Shown: one piece after another, positions 20,281 to 27,897 of the stretch
Position numbering within the stretch: position 1 is the first letter of the stretch
Layout of the letters: the number at the start of each line of letters is the position of its first letter
Sequence record: OR258281.1
Direction: 5' to 3' (one strand)
DNA length: 64,000 nucleotides
The notes under the pieces: model-generated
The model's input: only the letters and a program-made list of their open reading frames with translations
Database searches by the model: none
Told to the model about the DNA's origin: nothing
Program-made: the position numbers and the translations under genes

Positions 20281-22422
20281 ATGCTTTTCTTCAAAAAAAT
20301 TAGTATGAAAAACTTTTTCTCATTCGGTAACGTTCCTCAAGTTCTAGAACTTGATAATAGTGCACTAACTCTAATTCTAGGCCAGAATAATGACGCTCTC
20401 AGTACTGATGGTGCTGAGGGTGCACGTAATGGTGTAGGCAAGAGTGCAATTATTCAGGGATTAGCTTACGGTCTGTACGGAAAAAGTATTGATAACAGTA
20501 TTAAAATACCAAACCTTGTTAACAAAATCAATGAAAAACACTGCGAAGTGAAAATTGAGTTTGAAAAGGATGGTATTTCATATCGTGTTGAACGTGGACG
20601 TTCACCAACATTCTTTAATTTCTACAAAAATGATAATATCGTTGAAGTAGATGAAAGTCGTGGTGAAATGAAAGACACACAGGAAGAACTAATTGAAGTA
20701 CTAGGAATATCTCAAACACTGTTTGAACATATAGTTGTGCTTAATACTAACGTACTGCCTTTCCTAGCTTTGAGTACTTCTAAACAGCGTGATATGATTG
20801 AGGAATTACTTGGTATTACTCAATTAACTGAAAAAGCAACTCTTCTCAAAGATATGTACAAGGAAACTAAACGCCTTGCCGATCAAGAGAAGTTTAGACT
20901 TGATACTGTATTCGAAAGTAACAAAAAGATTGAACAGAGTATTTCTGCACTGGAAGAACAAGCAGCAAACTTTGAACTTCATAAAGAAAAGAAGATTAAA
21001 GAAATTAACAACAGTCTAGAACAATTTAAAAACCTGAACTGGACTGAGTTGATGGAAAATGCTGTTAAATGTGATGCCATGCTAGTTCAAAATAAGAAAA
21101 TTGATGATCTTAAACGTAGCCTAACTGATTTAATGAATAAACGTACTAAGTACGATGAAAATATTAAATCACAGAAGAATGCAGTACTAAAGAATATTAA
21201 TGAACTTAAAAATATTGACATTAACGAAGAACTTGCAGCACATGAGAATGTAAAAGCATGGGAAGAATTGAATACCATTCATAAAGAGTTATCTATGAAT
21301 ACTCTTATGATAAATTCAAAGATTACTACTATAAATCAATACATTAAGAACAGTACTAACAAACTTGAAAAAGAGAATGCAGTACTAAACAGTCTTACTG
21401 ATATTGACAATGCTAAATGTCCTATGTGCGAACAGAGTTTAGAGCATACAGATTCACATGAAAGTATGTTATCAAACTGTAAGTCTAATATTGATGCAAT
21501 CAATGCAGAGATTCAGGGTTATAATGACGATATTGTAAAATTAAAGTCTGAATTACCTGAACTGTTTGACATGCCACCTAAACCAAGTACTCATTATCCT
21601 TCTGTGTCTGAAGCCAAGCTTCATGAACACAAATTGAGTACTTTAGAACAGGCATATAAAGAAGAAGGTACTAACCCATACGATGCTGATATTGTTGAGG
21701 TACAAAGTACTCTAGATACCATGGAGTATGTTGAAGTACCACAATATATTGATATTAGTTCAATCAGTATGTTACAGTTCCAGGAAACGGCATTAAAGAA
21801 AGATTTAGAACGTGAGAATGCGAGTACTAACCCGTATTTTCCACAAATTGAAGTACTAAAGAATAACTCGCTACAGATTCTTGACTATGATGAGTATAAC
21901 AGACTTGTCAGTACTTATGAGCATCAGGATTTTCTGACTAAACTACTTACAAACAAAGATTCATTTGTTCGTAAACGTATTATTGACCAGAATATTCAGT
22001 TCCTTAATAAGCGTCTGTCTTATTATATTGAGAAGAGTGGTTCTAACCATAACGTTGAATTCATGAACGACCTGAGCGTTGATATTTCGATGAATGGTAA
22101 ATCATATGACTACAGTCAGCTTTCCCGTGGTGAGCGAAATCGTATTATTATTTCTTTGAACCTTGCATTTCGTGATACTTACGAATCATTGTACCAGAAT
22201 ATCAATATTCTTTTTGTTGATGAGATTATCGATAACGGCCTTGATTCAAATGGTGTGTACAGTGCATGGAGTATTTTGCAGGATTTGAGTGCGACACGCA
22301 ACAAGAACATTTACGTTGTATCCCATCGTGAAGAACTTTTGAGTAAAGCAGCAAGCATCCTTAAGGTTCTAAAAGAAGATTCATTCAGTACTATTGAATT
22401 CTGTACTTCAGAAGATTTTTAA
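20281..22422 (+). CDS. gp46: Recombination ATPase subunit (gp46/Rad50/SbcC-like), 713 aa
   Basis: Walker A GARNGVGKS, coiled coil with CPMC zinc hook, signature LSRGE, Walker B LFVDE, VVSH. Confidence 0.95.
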   Translation: MLFFKKISMKNFFSFGNVPQVLELDNSALTLILGQNNDALSTDGAEGARNGVGKSAIIQGLAYGLYGKSIDNSIKIPNLVNKINEKHCEVKIEFEKDGISYRVERGRSPTFFNFYKNDNIVEVDESRGEMKDTQEELIEVLGISQTLFEHIVVLNTNVLPFLALSTSKQRDMIEELLGITQLTEKATLLKDMYKETKRLADQEKFRLDTVFESNKKIEQSISALEEQAANFELHKEKKIKEINNSLEQFKNLNWTELMENAVKCDAMLVQNKKIDDLKRSLTDLMNKRTKYDENIKSQKNAVLKNINELKNIDINEELAAHENVKAWEELNTIHKELSMNTLMINSKITTINQYIKNSTNKLEKENAVLNSLTDIDNAKCPMCEQSLEHTDSHESMLSNCKSNIDAINAEIQGYNDDIVKLKSELPELFDMPPKPSTHYPSVSEAKLHEHKLSTLEQAYKEEGTNPYDADIVEVQSTLDTMEYVEVPQYIDISSISMLQFQETALKKDLERENASTNPYFPQIEVLKNNSLQILDYDEYNRLVSTYEHQDFLTKLLTNKDSFVRKRIIDQNIQFLNKRLSYYIEKSGSNHNVEFMNDLSVDISMNGKSYDYSQLSRGERNRIIISLNLAFRDTYESLYQNINILFVDEIIDNGLDSNGVYSAWSILQDLSATRNKNIYVVSHREELLSKAASILKVLKEDSFSTIEFCTSEDF

Positions 22423-22425
22423 AAC

Positions 22426-22454
22426 AAAAAGGGAGCCTTTAGCTCCCTTTTTTT
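22426..22454. terminator. Bidirectional terminator between gp46 and endonuclease VII
   Basis: aaaaa-gggagc-cttta-gctccc-ttttttt; overlaps the EndoVII stop codon. Confidence 0.88.
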
Positions 22455-22921
22455 ATATCTAGCATATTTAATGCACCAGTCTTAATTAATTTACGAGCCT
22501 GATTTGCACGTTTAGTACCATTACTTTCGGGCTGGACTCCTAAATCAATAAGGATTTCCCGTTGACGGTCTGCACTAAGTGCTTTGAACTTGTTAACGTC
22601 AACTGACAGTGCTGTATGATGTACCGGATTGTCAGAGTAATCTTTTTCAAGATAATCGGCTAAGTTTCTTAGTACTTCATGCAGAGGCTTATCAGTGAGG
22701 TGTTTCATGTAACGGTTAAAGCTGTTTTGCACTTTACCTTCCCATGAGTTAACTTCACGCTGAAGAACCTGACGACAGTTCTGTTTACCGAAGTGCATAT
22801 GATCCAGTACTGGATCTTTAATCTGTTCTTTTGTAATTGGGTCAATGTTTTTCTGTTTCTTAAGAAGTTCATTCCTGAACTTAGCAGCTTCAGTGCTGTT
22901 TTTTAGTCTTTTATTTTCCAT
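22439..22921 (-). CDS. gp49: Recombination endonuclease VII (Holliday junction resolvase)-like, 160 aa
   Basis: PVLDHMH...CRQVLQREVNSWEGKV (D-H...N His-Me motif) and LRNLADYL; TCTAAATA late-like promoter at 22951-22958. Confidence 0.8.
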   Translation of the reverse strand: MENKRLKNSTEAAKFRNELLKKQKNIDPITKEQIKDPVLDHMHFGKQNCRQVLQREVNSWEGKVQNSFNRYMKHLTDKPLHEVLRNLADYLEKDYSDNPVHHTALSVDVNKFKALSADRQREILIDLGVQPESNGTKRANQARKLIKTGALNMLDIKKGS

Positions 22922-22965
22922 ATGTAGTACTCAATACTATAACATAATAGTATTTAGAAAATACA

Positions 22966-22994
22966 TGAAACATTCGTGAAATGTGTTCTATACT
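22966..22994 (+). promoter_or_regulatory. Early/middle promoter TGAAAC-N17-TATACT
   Basis: tgaaac attcgtgaaatgtgttc tatact; followed by about 640 nt with no credible ORF. Confidence 0.85.
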
Positions 22995-22996
22995 AC

Positions 22997-23590
22997 ATGT
23001 ATAAACCTGATTGGCGTACCCGTTTAGTCGTGGATTGATGATAAGAGTTTCATCCTTCTTGGTACGATGTATAAAACCTGATCCTATCGAAAACGTAGAT
23101 GGCAGATGAGTTGTCCAAACAGAACGAAGTGCAAATGAGACCCGTGTATATTACTCCAAGCGAACGCAGAGGACACGGCAATGCGGCACTATAAAGAGCA
23201 AAGATAATGCAAGTAATGCTCCATAGATAGACATATAAGGATCGCACCTTACCAACATGCATAAGGGATTCTATTACTAAAATAGATTTAGCGACATATT
23301 TTTATAATATAAATGTGTCCTGAATATTAGTACTTAGAGAGCTAATACGATTAATCATACAGTCTGTATTAGTAGAGTAGTGATGAACTACGACCGTTGT
23401 TAGAATGGCGATAGGAAGAAACAGGACAACCCGCTTCCGCTTACGATGTACAATATAGTTACGTCTAAAATTCGCTGTATGATATGTACGACGATACCAG
23501 CGTCAAATTTATATTTCACTTCCCTCTTGCGGGGGATAGAAATGTACTCATAGAACCGCGTCAAGTAGTAGTTGCTGTATAAGCTTTGTT
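22997..23590 (+). ncRNA. Candidate large structured non-coding RNA (or very long structured leader)
   Basis: Promoter-driven, no + strand ORF, 42% G+C at 23041-23220 against AT-rich neighbours, more than 10 stems with G-U pairs favouring the + strand. Confidence 0.5.
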
Positions 23591-23641
23591 ATTATTAAGT
23601 TTATAAAGTAATTAATATTAAATGAATTGAATGAGAAATGA

Positions 23642-24187
23642 ATGAACGTAGTGAATTCATTACGAATGAAAATTCTGACTTGCTTTAGCAAGGCATCTAA
23701 AGAGACATTAAGAATGTTAGAAAAGAACTATGAATATTTTATAGAATTCAAATATAATTTCCTTAATCTACTTCAAGAAATGCATAATTGGAATCAATGG
23801 TATTCCGTATTAGATACTACCAATTCATATGATAATATCAGATTTTGCTTTGATATTAAAGCATTTAACTCTAAGTACTATATCGCTATTTTTAATGAAA
23901 CATATAGTGGTTTGTTTGTTAGAATGATTAAAACTATAGCTTACACTAATGAAGATTATCGAATAAACTTTCATTTTAGTAACTATGACAAACTCAAACA
24001 TATAACTATATCTTTGAATCATGAATATGATATAATCATTGACATTACTGCTAAAACCTATACATTAAGAACTGTTAGGACTCAAGTACAACAGGCATTA
24101 TATGAAAATAGTGATTTCATTTTTAATATGTCATTCATCTATCCATTACAAGAAGATTTAAAGTACATTAAAGAAAACTTTTTATGA
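23642..24187 (+). CDS. Hypothetical protein, 181 aa (paralog family with C-terminal FIFNMS..YP motif)
   Basis: ORF track; very AT-rich; C-terminus NSDFIFNMSFIYPLQEDLKYI resembles that of the next ORF. Confidence 0.75.
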   Translation: MNVVNSLRMKILTCFSKASKETLRMLEKNYEYFIEFKYNFLNLLQEMHNWNQWYSVLDTTNSYDNIRFCFDIKAFNSKYYIAIFNETYSGLFVRMIKTIAYTNEDYRINFHFSNYDKLKHITISLNHEYDIIIDITAKTYTLRTVRTQVQQALYENSDFIFNMSFIYPLQEDLKYIKENFL

Positions 24188-24645
24188 TTAATAAATTACC
24201 TAATGAAATATTAGAAGTTGTTAATTCGGTTCTTGATAATAAAAACTATTTTTCATCTAAGTATTGTGCTTCTATAGAAGCTGATGACTTTTATTTGAAC
24301 TACGAAACTTATGCAAGAGGATTACATATTAATGGTAAGATTATATCAAATTGTAAAGGTTTAACTAAACTGACTCTAGCGAAATTTAATAATTCATACA
24401 ATATATGTTTCTTCTTTAATATTAACGGAACATTTGAATCAGTACAACTTAGTACTGATGGCTCCGCAAGAAAAGTACCAGAACTATTTTATGATGTTAA
24501 ACACTACAGTATTGAATATCGTGGAGAAGAAGTACAATATGGTAATGAATTTATCTTCAATTTAAGTATTATTCAACCAGATATGGTTGATGATTTCGAA
24601 TACATATATTATCGAATTTTAGGCATAAAAAAAGACACTCAATGA
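24184..24645 (+). CDS. Hypothetical protein, 153 aa (same paralog family)
   Basis: ATGA overlap with the previous ORF; C-terminus GNEFIFNLSIIQPDMVDDFEYI. Confidence 0.75.
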   Translation: MINKLPNEILEVVNSVLDNKNYFSSKYCASIEADDFYLNYETYARGLHINGKIISNCKGLTKLTLAKFNNSYNICFFFNINGTFESVQLSTDGSARKVPELFYDVKHYSIEYRGEEVQYGNEFIFNLSIIQPDMVDDFEYIYYRILGIKKDTQ

Positions 24646-24656
24646 GTGCCTTATTT
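24627..24656. terminator. Bidirectional terminator between convergent genes
   Basis: aaaaaaagacactc-aat-gagtgccttattt hairpin. Confidence 0.65.
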
Positions 24657-24809
24657 CTGCTTCTCTCTCTTAATTTTTGCATTCCATACATTAACAAGAG
24701 TGTCGCGTTTCGTTACTGGAATGTTCAGTAGTAAATCGTAAGTCACATTTGGGACATTTATTACAATGTCCCATAAATTCTTTTCAATCTCTTCCTGATT
24801 AAGTACCAT
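24651..24809 (-). CDS. gp51: gp51-like baseplate/tail assembly chaperone C-terminal ORF (52 aa from ATG; frame open from 24866); not in ORF track
   Basis: MVLNQEEIEKNLWDIVINVPNVTYDLLLNIPVTKRDTLVNVWNAKIKREKQK; fills the gap between gp26 and the terminator; no clear SD, so probably reached by frameshift. Confidence 0.65.
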   Translation of the reverse strand: MVLNQEEIEKNLWDIVINVPNVTYDLLLNIPVTKRDTLVNVWNAKIKREKQK

Positions 24810-24826
24810 CGTACCCAAAAACTTCT

Positions 24827-25693
24827 TTACTTCTTCGTAGTCTTCCGAGAGAAGCTGTCCACGAAAAAACTGCTAGGGTCAAATTGCAGTCCTTCAATAG
24901 TCCACTGATGCTTACATTCAGAACATTCCACATCCAGATTATGATCCACGCCAAAACTATTCATTTTGTATGCTGCTTCAGTAATAACTTCAACCGTATT
25001 CTTATCCAGATTATTAGCCCATTCTTTGATATGTTCTTTATTATCCACTACTACATTATCAGGTAGTTCGATACGACTGATATAGGTGGTTAGAATATCG
25101 AACTGTAACTGTGCCATATTATCAAAAAAAGCACTGAAGAATTTTAGTTTTTCATCATCTTCTTCAATCTTGTCAGCAAACTGCATAGTCTTCTGCTGCT
25201 GGAATGTACGAATACTGAATTCAGTATGTTCTTTCCATGTGTGCGGTTTAAAGTATATTACTAAACCGTTATCCAGTGCAAGTACTGGTTCTTCCTGCAT
25301 CAAAGTTGCCTGTTCAAAGAGATAATTCAGGTCACGTTCAAACATACCTTCCTTTTCACATTTGGGACATTTTTCAATAATCTCATATGTTTCTTCTTTA
25401 GTAGCCAATTTAATACCAATCAGTAGTAATTCAACATCTGGTACAAATAGTTCATCTGCATTCTTAATTTCTTTAACACAGTTTTCAATAACAGTACTTA
25501 CTGCTTTACCATTCATCAGTGCATCAGGGTTGTTGAATAGTAATTCATCTCGTGCTGAACGTGCACAAATACCAATTTCGGTACTGGTATCTTCAATTAC
25601 GGTTTTAGAATAGGGTACTTTGCTGTTTGTTACTAATTTAGTGAACTTAATCGGTGTTTTAGTATACTGAGCCAAAGGATTCATATTACTCAT
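24827..25693 (-). CDS. gp26: Baseplate hub/tail assembly chaperone (T4 gp26-like), 288 aa
   Basis: NPL..Y...KL, ARDELLFNNPDALMNGKA, DVELLLIGIKLAT, CPKC and C-terminal CSEC..FDPSSFF; divergent from the tape-measure candidate. Confidence 0.85.
   Translation of the reverse strand: MSNMNPLAQYTKTPIKFTKLVTNSKVPYSKTVIEDTSTEIGICARSARDELLFNNPDALMNGKAVSTVIENCVKEIKNADELFVPDVELLLIGIKLATKEETYEIIEKCPKCEKEGMFERDLNYLFEQATLMQEEPVLALDNGLVIYFKPHTWKEHTEFSIRTFQQQKTMQFADKIEEDDEKLKFFSAFFDNMAQLQFDILTTYISRIELPDNVVVDNKEHIKEWANNLDKNTVEVITEAAYKMNSFGVDHNLDVECSECKHQWTIEGLQFDPSSFFVDSFSRKTTKK
24863..24869 (-). other. Putative -1 ribosomal frameshift slippery heptamer T TTT TTC
   Basis: Codons AGT TTT TTC (S-F276-F277); the -1 frame opens two codons after a TAG (24873-75) and runs 71 codons into the gp51-like ORF. 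Confidence 0.7.
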
Positions 25694-25707
25694 GTTGCGA
25701 CTCCATC

Positions 25708-25715
25708 TATAAATA
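25708..25715 (+). promoter_or_regulatory. Late promoter TATAAATA for the tape measure-portal operon
   Basis: Perfect consensus 40 nt upstream of ATG 25755. Confidence 0.8.
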
Positions 25716-25729
25716 CTTCATAATAACTC

Positions 25730-25737
25730 TATTTATA
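25730..25737 (-). promoter_or_regulatory. Late promoter TATAAATA for gp26
   Basis: tatttata on + strand, 37 nt upstream of ATG 25693; face-to-face with the 25708 promoter. Confidence 0.8.
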
Positions 25738-25754
25738 AATTGGAGAATTGTATT

Positions 25755-27884
25755 ATGCAGACGGATGTTATTTTAGAACAGATTTTGGAACAAGCAAAAT
25801 TATCTAATGGCACGTTAGCACTAATAAAAGAACAACTTGTTAAAAATGCAGGTAATAATGGTTCTGGTTCTGGTCCAGGTGGTAATCCACCTTCTCCACC
25901 ACCTGGTGCTAACCGAAATCAAGGCCCAAGTATTGATTTCAAGAAAATATTCAAAGATTTTGGTAAATCATTTGCCCCACTAGCAGCAAGTTCAGCGGAT
26001 TCAAGTACCTTAATCAATTCAGTAGGACAAGCAGCCAGTTCTGCTGCTGATTCCTTACAATCCATACCAAACCCGGTAGCACAGGCCGCAGGAATGTTCC
26101 TGAGAGTCGTAAGTACTGGTTCTAAACTATATGATTATCTTGAAGGTCAGTTAAAGCTGTATCAGGATCTGAATAACGCAGGTCTATCACTACAGACAGG
26201 TATATTTGGCGTTAAATCGTCAGCGGCTGATGCACATCTAAGTTTAGATGGATTATCTAAAGTACTAATGTCAAACACCGACACATTTGCAGCAATGGAT
26301 GATGTGTATGGTGACGGAATACAGCACTTTGGTAACTTAGTAAATACCGTGACAATGGCACAGAAACAAATTGGTGCATACGGTTTATCTCAGCAGCAGA
26401 TAGCTAATATTACTGCTAAGAATTTTAAATTAGACAAGTTATATGGTAGTAACTCACAGATGCGTGATTTGCAGGAGCAACAATCATCTCAGAGTTACAT
26501 CAGAACATTACTTGATATGAGTAAAGTACTTGGTACGAGTGTTGATACTTTATTGAAAAAGAATGAAGCTTTCTCTGAAAGTTATGAAGGATTTGCTATT
26601 GATACAGTACTGGATAGGTTATTACCGCCGGACTTATCTAAGAAAACATCTAAAGAATTTGGCGTGTTCACTGCTGGTTTAGGTGAAGCTGGTGAGAACA
26701 TTCAGCATATTATGTCTGAATATTTGACTACTGGACGTTTACCTAAAGATGTTGGTCAGTGGGGCAGAAGTTTAATGCCATTCTTTGATAATATGTACAA
26801 AGCAATTAAATCAGGTAATTTTAATCCTAAAGACTTTGAAAAAGAACTTAAGAGATTAAGTAAAGATCCTTCTCAGCTTGCAGCAATGCAGGATGATATT
26901 CAAGCAGCACAGCAAACAAGTAATGCTGCCGGTGCAAAAATACTTACATCATTCCGTAATGTCAGTGTATTACTAAATCAGAATGCAGGTAAAACTGATG
27001 ATGCCTTTACTACATTGATGACCAGATTTGATAACTGGATGGGTGATAGTATTACTAAACCTATTCTAAAATTCTTTAGTGATACTGCTAATACAATTAG
27101 TGAAGGTATATTAAGTGTATATAATAGTACTGGTTCTAGTTGGGAAGTAGCACAGAGTTTATTCTTAGCTGGTATGGGTAAGTTATTTGATTGGATAACA
27201 TATATTCCTACAAAATTAGCAGGATTACTTATTGGTCAGGAAAATGCCGAAGGAATACAAACTGCGGTTAAATCCGTATTCACTAACTTAACTTCTGTGT
27301 TCCAGCGTGCAGGTAAAATTGTATGGGATATGTTCTTTGGCAGTGAAGAAGATTTAAAACGTGACGGTAAGATGATCCATGAAGCTATTAACAATATAGT
27401 GCAAGGAGTAAAAGATTGGTTTAATAAAATTAAGAATCTTATTAAAAATCTTTCCTTTACTGGAATAAAGGATTCGATTACCGATTGGGGTAAAGAGGCT
27501 AGTGATTCTGTTAGTAAGAAATGGGATGCATTTAAGAAAGGTTTCAAAGGTGATACTACTGAAACTCAAAAACCTGCATCACCTAAGACTCAAAAAACTA
27601 ACGGACCAACCAGTACTGAGAAAAAGGCTAAACCTGTTGCACCAGTTAAACCAGTTAAGGTTAAGCCAGAATATACTAACCCGGTTAAAGTTGATAAACC
27701 CGATGATAAAGATCAAGACCCAAATGCAAATGGTCCGGTACAACCAACACAGGCAGAATTGGATATTCAGAACATACTAAATAACCTTGCAAGCGTTGGA
27801 AATGCACAACTTGGTGCACTTAACAATGCGGTGAAAGCTCTTAATAATATTAATTCTAATACCCAACCGGTAAACAATGCATAA
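25755..27884 (+). CDS. Putative tape measure protein (gp29-like), about 709 aa
   Basis: Start refined to ATG 25755 behind GGAG; helical Ala/Gly/Gln-rich sequence with Trp/Phe-periodic segments; adjacent to the gp26/gp51 chaperone. Confidence 0.6.
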   Translation: MQTDVILEQILEQAKLSNGTLALIKEQLVKNAGNNGSGSGPGGNPPSPPPGANRNQGPSIDFKKIFKDFGKSFAPLAASSADSSTLINSVGQAASSAADSLQSIPNPVAQAAGMFLRVVSTGSKLYDYLEGQLKLYQDLNNAGLSLQTGIFGVKSSAADAHLSLDGLSKVLMSNTDTFAAMDDVYGDGIQHFGNLVNTVTMAQKQIGAYGLSQQQIANITAKNFKLDKLYGSNSQMRDLQEQQSSQSYIRTLLDMSKVLGTSVDTLLKKNEAFSESYEGFAIDTVLDRLLPPDLSKKTSKEFGVFTAGLGEAGENIQHIMSEYLTTGRLPKDVGQWGRSLMPFFDNMYKAIKSGNFNPKDFEKELKRLSKDPSQLAAMQDDIQAAQQTSNAAGAKILTSFRNVSVLLNQNAGKTDDAFTTLMTRFDNWMGDSITKPILKFFSDTANTISEGILSVYNSTGSSWEVAQSLFLAGMGKLFDWITYIPTKLAGLLIGQENAEGIQTAVKSVFTNLTSVFQRAGKIVWDMFFGSEEDLKRDGKMIHEAINNIVQGVKDWFNKIKNLIKNLSFTGIKDSITDWGKEASDSVSKKWDAFKKGFKGDTTETQKPASPKTQKTNGPTSTEKKAKPVAPVKPVKVKPEYTNPVKVDKPDDKDQDPNANGPVQPTQAELDIQNILNNLASVGNAQLGALNNAVKALNNINSNTQPVNNA

Positions 27885-27897
27885 CATGGAGTGTTAA

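Noticed and set aside
23050-23262. 70-aa minus-strand ORF inside the structured non-coding region
   Set aside because: No SD or promoter, atypical composition, and antisense to the mapped promoter
22997-23640. tmRNA, RNase P RNA or group I intron identity for the long intergenic RNA
   Set aside because: No GGGG..5' or TTCGA..CCA 3' tRNA-like ends, no GAGGAAAGTCC P4 motif, no recognisable P7 R/S elements, and it interrupts no gene
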